A stretch of DNA of 64,000 bases from an uncultured Chloroflexia bacterium (lineage in GTDB: Bacteria; Chloroflexota; Limnocylindria; QHBO01). Location: NCBI GenBank assembly GCA_963825525.1, contig CAWGTN010000002.1, positions 480,001-544,000 on the forward strand. Direction: 5' to 3'. A model generated the notes under the pieces. It was not told where the DNA came from, made no database searches, and saw nothing but the letters and a program-made list of their open reading frames with translations. This document shows positions 51,071-61,769 of the stretch, piece after piece. The stretch's first letter is position 1. Each line of letters starts with the position of its first letter. Both the position numbers and the translations under genes were made by a program.

Positions 51071-53362
51071 CTAGTCGCGCCGGCGGACGATCCCGCGCAC
51101 CGAGCGGCGGATGGCCAACCAGATGAGGGGGATCCGCAGGCGCGACCACGCCTGCTCGAGCGCGGTGGAGGCCGTCGCCGTCATGCGCTGGCCGGAGTAG
51201 GCCTGCCATACCTTGCCGTCGGCCACGGTTCGGATCGGCTCCACGTGGGAGGGCAGCTGGTCCTCGAGCCAGCCGGAATACTCGTAGATGGTCTCGGACG
51301 GACGAGGTCCGACCCCGGCCCGATCGGCGGCCATGGTCAGCTGGCGCCACGCCCGGTCGCCCGCGGGCAGGAACCGCCAGCTTCGTTGCGAACGTCGCAT
51401 CCGGATCCAGACGAACGCTCCGGCGCCGACCAGCAGCACCGCGACCAGCAGGGCATTTCCGCCCCGCGCCTGGTCAGCCGCGCCGGGTGCGTCCGGCTGG
51501 GCCGCGTCCACGCCACCGTCGATGAAGTCCACCGACGGCAGGGCGTTGATGCCGCGGCGATCGGTGGGGTCGAGCTCGAAGTCCAGGAGCGGGTCGCGGC
51601 CGTTGGCGGGCGGTACGACCGTGGCGGGGTCGCCGGTCGGACGGATGAACCGCGGATCGATCGACTTGGTGGACTCGAAGATCTGCCATCCGTAGCCCGG
51701 GAAGTAGACCTCGCCCCAGGCATGCGCGTTCGACTCGCGCACCAGGTAGGTGTCGTCATCCTGCCGCTCCCCGGGAGCAAATCCCGCGGCGACACGGGCG
51801 GGGATGCCGAGCGAGCGCGCCATCATCACGAATGAGCTTGCGTAGTACTGGCAGTAGCCCGTCCGTCCGCTCTCCGGATTGAAGAGGAAGAAGTCCACCA
51901 GGTCCTCGTCCGGACCCGGGACGGGTGCCACCGTGTCGTAGCTGAAGCTGTCGTCACGCTGAAGGTAGGCAGCCAGAGCCTTCGCCGCCTCGTAGGGATT
52001 CTGGGCATCGGCGGTGATTTCGCCTGCCAGCGCGCGCACGCGGTCGGTCACCAGGGAGTCGTCCAGGTAGAGCTCGGTGACCGACGCGGGATACTCGGCG
52101 CCTGCGGCACCCAGCTCGGCCTCGTCGGCGTTGCTGATGGCCACCGAGACCTGGTATCCCTCCCCCTCCCCGATCGGGTTGGCCGCGTCGATGCCACCGA
52201 GGACCGGCTGGCCGCCCGACTCGTGGATCACGACCGGCGCGAAGACCTGGAGCGGCGAGCCGGCGGTGAACAGGTTTCGGCCGAACGTCTGGTGCATGCT
52301 CAGGGTGATGGTGGCGATGTCGTACGCGTCCGCCGGCCGCTCGGAAGTGGCCCCGGGGAACAGCTGCTCGCCGGGCGCGACCTGGCGACGCGTCCCGTCG
52401 GTACGGTCCCAGCCGCGGCCGGTGTACACGTCGTACGTCGTCGTTCGCAGGTACAGGGAGCTCGGAGCGGCGACGGTGAGCACCTCGTCGTCCCGGCTCA
52501 CCCACTCGCCCTGCACCGTGAAGCTTCCACCGAACGTGCTGCCGGTGATCCGCGACTGCGGGTTGGTCAGCGTCCCGAACGCCCCCTCGAACTGGTCGCG
52601 AACTCCGGTCCATACCCCGTCGAAACCGCGCCAGGCGCTGGTCAGCGGGGCGGCCACGGCCACGCTGGTCAGCACCCAGGCCAGGACGACGCTCGCCCCC
52701 GCGAACACGATGCCGGATCGCATGATCGCCGCCGGAACCTCGAGGTTCTCGTTCACCCGCCGCCGCTGCCACCCGTCCTGGCGATCGACGAGCGCAGCTC
52801 GCAGCCACAGCAGCAGCGCCGCGGCAACGAAGAGGAGCAGGTGAGCGAACAAGTCGGTGAAGGTCGCCGACAGGTTGACGATCATCGCCGTGCCCAACAG
52901 CAGGATGGCGTCGATCACCCGGTGGTGGCGATACACCGCGTAGGCGGCCATGAAGGCGGTCGTCCACATGAGCAGCCCCAGGCCGATGGCGTACGGCGAC
53001 ATCTCACTCGGGAAGCCCGTTCGGACCATGGTGACCGTCCATGCCAGCAGGTCCGACCGCAGCGCCCCGATCCTGCCGGCCTGGTCCAGGGCGGGGCCGT
53101 ACTCGCCGCCGACGGTCCACAGCACCACCCCGGTCCCGACGACCGCGCTCAGCGGCAACGTGAGCACGATGCTCATGCGCAGGACGCCGAGCGCAGCGCC
53201 GGCCACCACCGCCCAGAACGCCACCGGCGGGAGGAACTCGAGCTGCTCCAACCACCCGGCGCCCTGGATGGCCCATGACAGAGCGAGAACCATGACCACG
53301 AGAAGACCAAGGCTCAGCCAGCCAGCGCGCGGGTAGAGGATGCGCTCGCGAAGGTCAGACAT
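51071..53362 (-). CDS. Membrane transglutaminase-like domain protein (TgpA/DUF3488-DUF4129 type)
   Basis: Multiple N-terminal TMs; GYCQYYAS, GIPARVAAGF, NAHAWGEVYFPGYGW, C-terminal SETIYEY. Confidence 0.9.
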   Translation of the reverse strand: MSDLRERILYPRAGWLSLGLLVVMVLALSWAIQGAGWLEQLEFLPPVAFWAVVAGAALGVLRMSIVLTLPLSAVVGTGVVLWTVGGEYGPALDQAGRIGALRSDLLAWTVTMVRTGFPSEMSPYAIGLGLLMWTTAFMAAYAVYRHHRVIDAILLLGTAMIVNLSATFTDLFAHLLLFVAAALLLWLRAALVDRQDGWQRRRVNENLEVPAAIMRSGIVFAGASVVLAWVLTSVAVAAPLTSAWRGFDGVWTGVRDQFEGAFGTLTNPQSRITGSTFGGSFTVQGEWVSRDDEVLTVAAPSSLYLRTTTYDVYTGRGWDRTDGTRRQVAPGEQLFPGATSERPADAYDIATITLSMHQTFGRNLFTAGSPLQVFAPVVIHESGGQPVLGGIDAANPIGEGEGYQVSVAISNADEAELGAAGAEYPASVTELYLDDSLVTDRVRALAGEITADAQNPYEAAKALAAYLQRDDSFSYDTVAPVPGPDEDLVDFFLFNPESGRTGYCQYYASSFVMMARSLGIPARVAAGFAPGERQDDDTYLVRESNAHAWGEVYFPGYGWQIFESTKSIDPRFIRPTGDPATVVPPANGRDPLLDFELDPTDRRGINALPSVDFIDGGVDAAQPDAPGAADQARGGNALLVAVLLVGAGAFVWIRMRRSQRSWRFLPAGDRAWRQLTMAADRAGVGPRPSETIYEYSGWLEDQLPSHVEPIRTVADGKVWQAYSGQRMTATASTALEQAWSRLRIPLIWLAIRRSVRGIVRRRD

Positions 53363-54587
53363 GCGTGCGCGCCCTGCCGCCGATGGCATCGGCGATGACG
53401 TCACCGCGTCGAACCAGCCGGTGCTCGATGTCGTATTCGGCAAGCGCGTGGCGCACTGCGGCGAGCTCGGCACGCGCGTGGACGTCCTCCTCGACGCCCA
53501 CGTACGAGGACCGGTCCAGGAGGATGACGAGAGCCGCGACACCCCGACGCCGGAGCGCGGAGAGGCCGCGGATCCAGGCCCGATCGGTGGAGCCGGTGAT
53601 CACGCACAGCGTCACCCCGCGTCGCAGCTGCGGAAGCGTGGAGTTGATGACCTCGGCCAATGAATCGTGACCGTCGGCCTGGACGTTGGCCAGCAGGTGG
53701 AGCAGCTTCTGTTCGACGCGCGGCCCGCGGTCCGGCTGATGCACCACCGAGCGTCGCGCGGACGCGGTCATGGCCACCGATCGGTTGTCCGACAGGGTCC
53801 GCATGGCAACCGAGGCAGCGATGGTGACGGCCGTCTCGACGGACGCCTCGCTGCCGATCCCGGCGTGCACTCCGCGATCGAGATCCAGCACGATCCACAG
53901 ATCGGCCGCCTGCTCGAGGTCGAACTCCTTGACGTGCAGCTCGCCGTGACGAGCGCTCGAGAGCCAGTGGATCCGGTTGATGGCGTCCCCGTGGACGTAT
54001 GGCCGCACGCCGCCGACGAGTGGCGTGACGGCCTCATGACGCCGGCTGGCGCGGGCGGTTCCGTCGATCGGCGAGGGCGGCAGGCGCCAGTGCGGCAGGG
54101 CCACGACCTCCGGGAAGACGACGACGTTCGTCGCCGCACCCACCGTCATCTCGCTCTGGAAGAGCCCGAACGGATCTCCGGTCCGCACGCGGAGGGCGCC
54201 GAGCCGAAAGCTGCCGCGTCGCGTCAGCGTGACCTTGGCCAGCCACTGTCGAGTGCTTCGCGCCGGCACGCCGATGACGCGCCCGGGCAGCGTGGCAGGC
54301 AACGTTGACTCGTTCCAGCACTCGATCCACGGCTTCCCCCAGCGGTCGCCGTTCTCCACGCGGTAGATGGCCTGGAGCACCTCGCCGACATGGGTCCGCG
54401 GATTGAGCACGCGGTAGTCCGCCCGGACGTCGCGAAGTCCACGGCGCGCGTAGAGCCACGATCCGACGCCGATGGCCACCATGAGGTAGGCCAGGAAGAA
54501 GAGGAAGTCGATCCCGGTGCTGAACGCGGCGACGACCAGGGCCGTTCCCAGGAACAGCAGGCGAAGGTGGCGGCTCAGGAGACCCAT
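53355..54587 (-). CDS. DUF58 domain protein
   Basis: RRG.F, DPFGLF, VRPYVHGDAINRIHWLSSAR, VKEF, IVLD. Confidence 0.9.
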   Translation of the reverse strand: MGLLSRHLRLLFLGTALVVAAFSTGIDFLFFLAYLMVAIGVGSWLYARRGLRDVRADYRVLNPRTHVGEVLQAIYRVENGDRWGKPWIECWNESTLPATLPGRVIGVPARSTRQWLAKVTLTRRGSFRLGALRVRTGDPFGLFQSEMTVGAATNVVVFPEVVALPHWRLPPSPIDGTARASRRHEAVTPLVGGVRPYVHGDAINRIHWLSSARHGELHVKEFDLEQAADLWIVLDLDRGVHAGIGSEASVETAVTIAASVAMRTLSDNRSVAMTASARRSVVHQPDRGPRVEQKLLHLLANVQADGHDSLAEVINSTLPQLRRGVTLCVITGSTDRAWIRGLSALRRRGVAALVILLDRSSYVGVEEDVHARAELAAVRHALAEYDIEHRLVRRGDVIADAIGGRARTHV

Positions 54588-54594
54588 GACCGGA

Positions 54595-55569
54595 TCAGGA
54601 GACCCGGCTGCGCCCGGTCTCCGCCGCGGCGGCGGCATCGGCCACCGGGACCGAGGCCAGGATCTCGCGAACGATCTGCTCCGGGTCGACCTCGCGCAGG
54701 GATGCCTGGCTCTTGACGATCAGTCGATGGGCCAGGATGGCGACCGCCAGCTGCTTGACGTCGTCGGGAATGACGTAGTCGCGCCCGTTGAGGGCCGCGT
54801 GGGCCTGGGTTGCGCGGTAGAGGTTGAGTGAGCCTCGGGGCGACGCGCCGAGGTAGACGTCAGGGTGCTCGCGCGTGGCGTGGACCAGCCGAACGATGTA
54901 CTCGGCCACCGCCTGGTCGACGTACACCTCCTTGATGTTGGCCTGCATCTCGCGCAGCTCATCGATGCCGAGGACCTGCTCGACCTCGGAAAGTGGGTGG
55001 CGTCGCTTCTGCTCGTCCAGGATGACGAGCTCCTCCATCGGCTTCGGATAGCCGAGGCGCAGACGGAGCATGAAGCGGTCGAGCTGCGCCTCCGGCAGGG
55101 CGAAGGTTCCCTCGTACTCGATGGGGTTCTGGGTGGCGATGACGAGGAATGGAGTCGGCATCGGGTAGGTCACGCCGTCGATCGTGGCCTGTCGCTCCTC
55201 CATGCACTCGAGCAGGGCGCTCTGGGTCTTCGGCGTCGCCCGGTTGATCTCGTCGGCCAGGACGACCTGGGCCATGATCGGCCCGGGGCGGAACTCGAAC
55301 TCGGTGGTCTTCTGGTTGAAGATGGAGAGGCCGGTCACGTCGGACGGCAGGAGGTCGGGCGTGAACTGGATGCGGCGGAAGCTGCACCCGATGCTCTGGC
55401 TGAGGGCTTTGGCGAGCATGGTCTTGCCGACCCCTGGGACGTCCTCGATGAGGATGTGACCCTGGCACAGGAGCGCCACGAGCGCCATCCGGACCTCGAC
55501 ATGCTTGCCGATGATGACGCGCTCGACGCTGGCGACGACGCGCTCCGCTGGCTGCTGGACGTTCTTCAC
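54595..55569 (-). CDS. MoxR family AAA+ ATPase
   Basis: [75 protein letters not shown]. Confidence 0.96.
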   Translation of the reverse strand: MKNVQQPAERVVASVERVIIGKHVEVRMALVALLCQGHILIEDVPGVGKTMLAKALSQSIGCSFRRIQFTPDLLPSDVTGLSIFNQKTTEFEFRPGPIMAQVVLADEINRATPKTQSALLECMEERQATIDGVTYPMPTPFLVIATQNPIEYEGTFALPEAQLDRFMLRLRLGYPKPMEELVILDEQKRRHPLSEVEQVLGIDELREMQANIKEVYVDQAVAEYIVRLVHATREHPDVYLGASPRGSLNLYRATQAHAALNGRDYVIPDDVKQLAVAILAHRLIVKSQASLREVDPEQIVREILASVPVADAAAAAETGRSRVS

Positions 55570-55695
55570 GTTGTGGTCATCTCCCCGTCACCGCTGCCGG
55601 GGGCCACCGATCCGGGGGCCCGGTCTTCAAAAGACAATACCCCACCCCGGCTCGAATCGGTTCAGCGGGACCTTGTCAGGCGCTCGCTCGACGCC

Positions 55696-57234
55696 TCAGG
55701 AACCTGCCGAGAGGCGGAGCCACTCCGCCATCACCCGTCCGGCAATCGGAGCTGCTCCGGCCGATCCCGACCCGCCGCTCTCGACGACCACCGCGATCGC
55801 GATCTTCGGCGTCGCCTCGGCCTCACCGGGTGCGAAGCCGATGAACCACGAGTGCGGCGCCTGCTCCCCGCCCAGCTCCGCAGTGCCGGTCTTTCCGGCG
55901 GACCGCGCATCGCCGATGCCGTACAGCGTGACGTCAGCCTGTCCGGCGTAGAGCCGGCCCAGCTCGCCGTTGACCGCGTCGACCATGGCGGCGCGGGTCG
56001 CGCGGGCAGCGGCCGAGCCCACCATGCGCGTGCCACCGCCCGAGCCGAACGTCTCGAGCACTTCCTCGGCCGGCGATGAGCCGTCGGCGTGAGAGCGGAC
56101 GTCCCGGACCACGAACGGCCGAGGTGCGACGCCGTCGCCGGCGATCGCCGCGGCCACCATCGCCATCTGCACCGGCGTCACGGCCGTGCGGCCCTGCCCG
56201 AACGATGCGCTCGCCAGCTCGACGTTGTCCCGGAACGGCCCGCAGTCGCCGTCCGCCTCTGCGGTCACGAAGCTGGTGCCGACCGACAGCGCGCGGCCGG
56301 GAGGGCCGATCTGGATCGGCGCGCAGAAGCCGAAGCGACGGGCGTAATCCAGGAATCCTTCGGCACCGAGCTCGAGGCCGACATGCGCGAAGAAGATGTT
56401 GCTCGAGACCTGGAGTGCCGGAGAGAGCGACCACAGTGCCGGCTCGATGCCACCCAGGTCGTGCTCACGCACGGCGAACCCGTCGACGACGAAGCCGTCC
56501 CGCTCTTCCCGGGGCTGATCGGCGAAGGTCGTCTCGGGCGTGATCACCCCCGCATCAAGGGCGGCCGCGGCCGTGAAGACCTTCATGATCGACCCGGGGA
56601 CGTAGAGCCCCTGCCGGGCACGTGCGAGCAGTGGCTCGGCCGGATCGGCCCGCAGGGCATCCATCGCCTCCTGCGCCCCGTTCGGGTCGCCGGAGATCGG
56701 GGTCGCATCGAACGTCGGCGTCGAGACGAGGGCCAAGATGGCGCCGGTCTGCGGATCGAGCGCGACGACCGCGCCGGCGTTCCCACCGAGCTGGGCCGCG
56801 GCGAAGTCCTGCAGCCGCCGGTCAATGGTGAGCGTGAGGTCCCGCGGCTGCGGCTGCCGGTCCAGGACGTCGCTGATGAGGTCGCGGATCGGGTTGGGAT
56901 CGGTCTGGCCGACAAGGATGTCCTCGAATGATCGCTCGAGGCCGGTCGTGCCGAACCGAAGGCTCGAATACCCGATGACGTGGGTGAAGGCCGGGTCGAA
57001 GTAGGTGCGACGGCTGAGACCATCGATCACCTCGGATGAGGCGAGCATCTGCCCGTTGGCGTCGAAGATGGTCCCGCGCAGCAGGCTGCGACGTGCGGCG
57101 ATGACCTCGGGATTGTCCGAACGCACCGACAGGCCGTGGGCCTCGACGACCTGCCACCACACGATGCTGCCGGAGAGGACGGCAAAGGCAAGCATGAGAT
57201 ACAGGCCCAGGCGCCGGACGTTGGTCGCGATCAC
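55696..57234 (-). CDS. pbpA: Class B penicillin-binding protein (PbpA-like)
   Basis: N-terminal TM, RGTIFD, GLE, LTID, GAVVALDP, PGSIMK (SxxK), SSN (SxN), KTGT, HSWF; GTGA overlap with rodA. Confidence 0.9.
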   Translation of the reverse strand: MIATNVRRLGLYLMLAFAVLSGSIVWWQVVEAHGLSVRSDNPEVIAARRSLLRGTIFDANGQMLASSEVIDGLSRRTYFDPAFTHVIGYSSLRFGTTGLERSFEDILVGQTDPNPIRDLISDVLDRQPQPRDLTLTIDRRLQDFAAAQLGGNAGAVVALDPQTGAILALVSTPTFDATPISGDPNGAQEAMDALRADPAEPLLARARQGLYVPGSIMKVFTAAAALDAGVITPETTFADQPREERDGFVVDGFAVREHDLGGIEPALWSLSPALQVSSNIFFAHVGLELGAEGFLDYARRFGFCAPIQIGPPGRALSVGTSFVTAEADGDCGPFRDNVELASASFGQGRTAVTPVQMAMVAAAIAGDGVAPRPFVVRDVRSHADGSSPAEEVLETFGSGGGTRMVGSAAARATRAAMVDAVNGELGRLYAGQADVTLYGIGDARSAGKTGTAELGGEQAPHSWFIGFAPGEAEATPKIAIAVVVESGGSGSAGAAPIAGRVMAEWLRLSAGS

Positions 57235-58565
57235 GAGCCCTGAGCCTCTTCGGCGGACCCGCTGCGGTGGCTGATCGCCAGCAGCAGGCCGATCATGATG
57301 AAGCTCGCCATCACGCTCGACCCGCCGTAGCTCACGAACGGGAGGGTGATGCCGGTGAGCGGGATGAGCTTGGTGTTGCCGCCGATGATGATCAGGGTCT
57401 GGAGGCCAAGGCTCGCGGTCACTCCGACCGCCAGGAGCGCGCCGAAATCGTCGCGAGCGAGCGCGGCGATGCGCAGCCCCCTGAACACGAGCGCCATCGC
57501 GAATCCAAGGAGCGCGAAGGCACCGAGCAGCCCGAGCTCCTCCGCGATGGCGGTGAAGATGAAGTCGGTGTGGACGTACGGGATCGTGAGCGAGCCGCCC
57601 AGCGTCACGAGGCCCTGGCCGAGCCCCTCGCCGAACACGCCGCCGCGGCCCAGCGCGTAGAGCGCACGGACGGGCTGGAATCCCGCCCCCAGCGGATCGG
57701 CGAAGGGATCCAGCCACACGTCGACGCGCAGCTGAACATGGCCGAACAGCTGGTACGCGACGAAGAACCCGGCGACGAAGAGGATGAGCCCGATGAGCAC
57801 GTAGCTGCGCCTGCCGGTGGCCACGAACAGCATCGTCAGGAAGATGCCGAAGAAGAGCAGCGCGGTTCCGAGGTCGTTGAGGCGCACGACCACGAGCATC
57901 ACCGCGCCGAACAGCACGAGCATGGGCAGGAAATACGGCAAGGGCGGCACGCTGAGGAAGCCGATCCGCATGCTGGCGCTGGTGAGAAGGGTTCGCGTCT
58001 CGGCCAGGTAGCCGGCGATGAAGATGACGAGGACGATCTTCAGCAGCTCGCCCGGCTGAATGCTGACCGGACCGAGATCGATCCAGAGCCGCGCCCCGTT
58101 GACCTCGTATCCGAACAGGAGGGTCGCGGCCAGCAGGCCGATGCCGATCGCGGCCCACGAGTACTTGTAGTGTCGCAGGATCCCGTCGTCGCGCAGTCCG
58201 ACAGCGATCGCCACCATGGCGATCATCCCGACGGCGAACCACAGGACCTGGGTTGCGGCCATGCCCAGCTCGAGCCCGAAGGCATTCGTGCCCGCCAGGT
58301 CCTGGGGAAGCCGGTTGAGCATGATGATTCCGATGCCGCCGAGGGCCCCGACGGCCGGCAGGATCAGCTGATCACCGCGATGGCCGAACGCGACGAGCAC
58401 GAGGTGCGCGACGACGAACAGCGAGACGTACACCAACGCCAGCGTCAGGTCTCCGGCATCCAGCGCTCCGCTGACCGCGATGTTCGTGACCAGGAAGCCG
58501 AACGGAACCAGCAGCAGGATCGGGAGCAGGAGGCGGAACTCGGCCCCGCGCCAGGCGATCCTCAT
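57231..58565 (-). CDS. rodA: FtsW/RodA/SpoVE family SEDS protein
   Basis: NGARLW, IQPGELLK, DLGTAL, WLDP, HTDFIF, IPLTGITLPFVSYGGSS. Confidence 0.93.
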   Translation of the reverse strand: MRIAWRGAEFRLLLPILLLVPFGFLVTNIAVSGALDAGDLTLALVYVSLFVVAHLVLVAFGHRGDQLILPAVGALGGIGIIMLNRLPQDLAGTNAFGLELGMAATQVLWFAVGMIAMVAIAVGLRDDGILRHYKYSWAAIGIGLLAATLLFGYEVNGARLWIDLGPVSIQPGELLKIVLVIFIAGYLAETRTLLTSASMRIGFLSVPPLPYFLPMLVLFGAVMLVVVRLNDLGTALLFFGIFLTMLFVATGRRSYVLIGLILFVAGFFVAYQLFGHVQLRVDVWLDPFADPLGAGFQPVRALYALGRGGVFGEGLGQGLVTLGGSLTIPYVHTDFIFTAIAEELGLLGAFALLGFAMALVFRGLRIAALARDDFGALLAVGVTASLGLQTLIIIGGNTKLIPLTGITLPFVSYGGSSVMASFIMIGLLLAISHRSGSAEEAQGS

Positions 58566-58575
58566 CGGCTGCTGC

Positions 58576-59019
58576 TCATCGGTCCAGGCGCATCCGAACG
58601 CGGCCGACGGTCAGCTCATCCCCGAAGCTCAGCGCCACCGCCCGTTCGATGCGGTGTCCATTCACGTAGGTGCCGTTCGTGCTGCCCTGGTCCTCCACGA
58701 ACCAGCTCCGGCCGCGGAACGTCAGCATCGCGTGGTTGGCGCTTACGAAATCGTCCTCGACGAAGATCGTGTTGTTCACGTTGCGCCCGATGGAGTTGAT
58801 CGGCCCCAGGGCGATGGTGGTCCCGTTGGGCGGCTCGTCGGCGGGCGACTCGAGCACGGAGAGGCGCCCGATCCCCGACCGCGAGCTGATCTGCGCCTCC
58901 TCGGCGCTGCGAAGGTCACGGAGCAGCGAGCCCGCGAAACGGGCAAGGATGAGGTAGAGAAGGGCAACGAAGCCCAGCTGGGCGAGCAACAGGAGAATGC
59001 GCAGGATCTCGGCGGTCAC
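58576..59019 (-). CDS. FHA domain membrane protein (FhaB-like)
   Basis: N-terminal TM; IGR, VSANHA, DQGSTNGT. Confidence 0.88.
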   Translation of the reverse strand: MTAEILRILLLLAQLGFVALLYLILARFAGSLLRDLRSAEEAQISSRSGIGRLSVLESPADEPPNGTTIALGPINSIGRNVNNTIFVEDDFVSANHAMLTFRGRSWFVEDQGSTNGTYVNGHRIERAVALSFGDELTVGRVRMRLDR

Positions 59020-59771
59020 GTGCGGACCTGGAACTCGATCTGCGTGTCACCGATCTCGATCAGATCGCCGGGGCCGAGTGCGATCTGGCTCACCGTCTGA
59101 CCGTTCACGGTGGAACCGTTGCGGCTGCCGAGGTCGGTGAAGCTGTACGCGCCATGCTGCAGCTTCAGCTGGCAATGGTGGCGACTGACCATCGGGTCAT
59201 CGACGATCACATCGTTGTCGCTGGCACGGCCCACGCCGATGAGCGCGCCGCCAAGGTCGAACTGCACCGCCCGGCTGCCTCGCGTGCTCACGAGCAGGTA
59301 GGCACGACGCGCGGAGTCGGGTGCATCGGCACCCTCCGGGCGGTTGAAGACCATGGTGTCGGAGTTGCCCGGCATCGGCATGGCGTCGGGGATGCGCTCC
59401 CCGCGTTCGTCGATGACGTTCGCCGCCACCCGGATCTCTCCGCGCCGCGATTGCTCGTCCGAGATGATCTGGACCCGGGGACGCGCGACGAGGGTATAGC
59501 GCTCATGACGCGCGCGAGCGAGCACGCCATGTGCCAGGTCGTCCTCGAGTGAACCGCGATACGAGGCGAACGCGGCGAAGTCACGCGGATGGAGGTGCAG
59601 GTCGTACTGGTTGGGCACGATGACGCCCGCGTCACGGTAGATCTTGTTCGTGTCCATGGCGCGCTCGATCCGCTTCGCAAGGTTGACCGGCTGGATCGAG
59701 GCACCGAGTCGCCCTGCCGGGGCTTCGAGGAAGCGCTCGAGGAACGACTCGACACGCGAGAGGATGCCCAT
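59016..59771 (-). CDS. DUF3662 + FHA domain protein (FhaA-like)
   Basis: IQPVNLAKRIERAMD, VPNQY; C-terminal GR, VSRHH, DLGSRNGS. Confidence 0.9.
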   Translation of the reverse strand: MGILSRVESFLERFLEAPAGRLGASIQPVNLAKRIERAMDTNKIYRDAGVIVPNQYDLHLHPRDFAAFASYRGSLEDDLAHGVLARARHERYTLVARPRVQIISDEQSRRGEIRVAANVIDERGERIPDAMPMPGNSDTMVFNRPEGADAPDSARRAYLLVSTRGSRAVQFDLGGALIGVGRASDNDVIVDDPMVSRHHCQLKLQHGAYSFTDLGSRNGSTVNGQTVSQIALGPGDLIEIGDTQIEFQVRT

Positions 59772-59905
59772 CGCGGCCGATCCTAGCACGCGGGGTACGA
59801 ACGGCCGCTCGCCGGGTACGATTGCCCCGTAGGGGTCTGGGGGACCTCGTGGCTATACTTCGGGGCCCTGACTGCTGCCGAGCTCCGGGAGAGACCACAC
59901 CACCA

Positions 59906-61306
59906 TTGGCTGACACCCTCACTGAGTCCTTTTGCGAACGTTGCGGGACGCGCTATGAGTTCCAGGCGCCGACCCGCCTGAATCCCCTGCGCAAAACCCG
60001 GGGATTCATCGGTGGGCTGCGAAACTACCTGACCAGCCAGGACGCCCTCTCCGATGCGATGAGCGATGGCATGCGCTCGGAAGAGGAGGGCCTCGCCTCC
60101 GCCCAGCTGGACGCCTTCCACGAGTCGTTCAACTTCTGCATCGACTGCCGCCAGTACACGTGCGTCAATTGCTGGAACGATGATGCCGGCCGCTGCCGAA
60201 GCTGCGCGCCGATCGCCGGCACCGATGACCTGGTCGAGCGGCTCGCCGCATCCGCGGTCGCCACGACGTCGGTTCCCGTTGACGACACGATGCTCATCGG
60301 CGACGGCCACGTGCACCGCGGCGTCGATCAGTGGCCGTCGTCGGACCTCGTGGCCGACCCCGCACCGTGGCCGAGCGCGGAGTCCGCGCCGATGTCGCCC
60401 GAAGTGGAACCCACCTGGGCGTCGGACGAGCCCGAGGTCGTTGAACCAGAGCCCGAGCCGGTTGCTGCCGAGGCCGAGCCCGTGCTTGAGCCCGAAGCCG
60501 AGGCCGAGCCGGTTGCTGCCGAGGCTGAGCCTGCGCCCGTGCTTGAACCCGAAGCCGAGGTCGTGCCCGTTGCTGCTGAGGCCGAGGCCGAGGTCGAGCC
60601 CGAGCCGATCGTGGTCGAGCCCGAGCCCGAGCCCGTTGTCGCCGAGGCTGAACCAGTTGCCGCCGAGGCCGAGGATGCGGCCGCCGTTCATGCACCACTT
60701 CGCGTCGTCGCGTGGGACGAGGATGCCGAGGACGACTTCATCATGCCGGCCGCGGAGGTCGTGCCGGATGCGCCAGCCGCCGTGGTCGGCCCCGAGTACG
60801 AGGCCGAGGACGAGCCGGTCGCGGCGGAATCGGAGATCGCCGCCACGTCCCACGAACACGATGTGCCGGAGCCGGTACAGCCCGCCGCGATCGAGGAAGC
60901 GCCGCTGAGCGTCGCACCGATCTCACAGACGATTCTGCGATTCCCCGATCCACCCGCACCGACCGGGGACGCCTCGAGCGGAGAGGACCTCGCCGCCCAG
61001 CGGCCCGAGCAGGCCGCTCGCCGCGCGCAGCTGGACCTGCTGGGGCTGGGCGACCCGGGAGAGGGGCCGGTCGCACCCGAACGCACGGCCGGCTTGCCGT
61101 ATCGCTCGCGAGGTGCCGCCGTCAGCCGGGCCGAGATGGAGGCACATGCTCGGGCGGGCGGCTCGTTCTGGGAGGCATCCGCTCGGGAGGTCGCCAGCGC
61201 CGCCGGGCAGATCGGCGTGCAGAGCTGTGGCCAGTGCGGCCTCTCCCTCTCGGCAAATGCTCGCTTCTGCCGCCGCTGCGGCACGCGCCAGGCGCAATCC
61301 GCCTAG
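59906..61306 (+). CDS. Hypothetical protein: N-terminal multi-CxxC region, acidic Glu/Pro/Ala repeat linker, C-terminal zinc ribbon
   Basis: CERC, CIDC, CVNC, CRSC; EPEPEPVAAEA-type repeats; CGQC..CRRC; start TTG 59906 inferred after GGAG. Confidence 0.75.
   Translation: MADTLTESFCERCGTRYEFQAPTRLNPLRKTRGFIGGLRNYLTSQDALSDAMSDGMRSEEEGLASAQLDAFHESFNFCIDCRQYTCVNCWNDDAGRCRSCAPIAGTDDLVERLAASAVATTSVPVDDTMLIGDGHVHRGVDQWPSSDLVADPAPWPSAESAPMSPEVEPTWASDEPEVVEPEPEPVAAEAEPVLEPEAEAEPVAAEAEPAPVLEPEAEVVPVAAEAEAEVEPEPIVVEPEPEPVVAEAEPVAAEAEDAAAVHAPLRVVAWDEDAEDDFIMPAAEVVPDAPAAVVGPEYEAEDEPVAAESEIAATSHEHDVPEPVQPAAIEEAPLSVAPISQTILRFPDPPAPTGDASSGEDLAAQRPEQAARRAQLDLLGLGDPGEGPVAPERTAGLPYRSRGAAVSRAEMEAHARAGGSFWEASAREVASAAGQIGVQSCGQCGLSLSANARFCRRCGTRQAQSA
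60430..60672 (+). repeat. Coding imperfect repeats (GAGCCGGTTGCTGCCGAGGC-like, EPVAAEAE)
   Basis: Several in-frame copies inside the acidic linker. Confidence 0.75.
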
Positions 61307-61702
61307 CTGGAGGTCGAGCTCGAGGTCACGTCCTTGGACTTCGCGGTCTCGGTGGAGCCACCGCCGCCCGAATCAGTGCCGCCGCTGCCCGAGCTCGAGC
61401 CCGAGCCGCCCCCCGAGTCGCCACCGGCGGCCCGAGCCCGAGCCGCCCCCCGAGTCGCCACCGGACGTCGAGGTGGATTCCGAGTCCTTCTTCCTCTCGC
61501 CGCCGGGCATCGAGCTGGAGGATGCCGCGCGAGAGTCGTTCCGGTAGAAGCCGGGACCCTTGAAGATGATGCCGGTCGGATGAATCACGCGGCGCAGTGC
61601 ACCACCGCACAGTTCGCAGACGGACGGTCCGTCATCGAGCATGGAGTGGATCACTTCGGTCACGGTGCCGCAGGCGCGGCACTGGTAGTCGTACGTTGGC
61701 AA
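61303..61702 (-). CDS. FmdB family zinc-ribbon protein with Gly/Ser tail; frameshift in the tail
   Basis: (M)PTYDYQCRACG..CELCGG..RRVI..IIFKGPGFYRND; tail contains a duplicated 32-bp unit at 61396 and 61433. Confidence 0.88.
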
Positions 61703-61725
61703 GAGACGCATCATGGCAAAGCGAA

Positions 61726-61748
61726 AGGGTCCGCGCAATGCGGACCCT
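61726..61748 (-). terminator. Intrinsic terminator after CpaE paralog 3
   Basis: AGGGTCCGC-5 nt-GCGGACCCT perfect 9-bp stem followed by TTCGCTTT on the minus strand. Confidence 0.7.
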
Positions 61749-61769
61749 CTGCGCCGGACGATTGTGGCG

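Noticed and set aside
51071-55569. MoxR-DUF58-transglutaminase triad as a new system
   Set aside because: A well-known, widespread gene arrangement.
61396-61464. 37-bp-period duplication in the fmdB tail as a phase-variation switch
   Set aside because: It lies in a low-complexity Gly/Ser tail after the functional domain; a one-base sequencing error is the simpler explanation.
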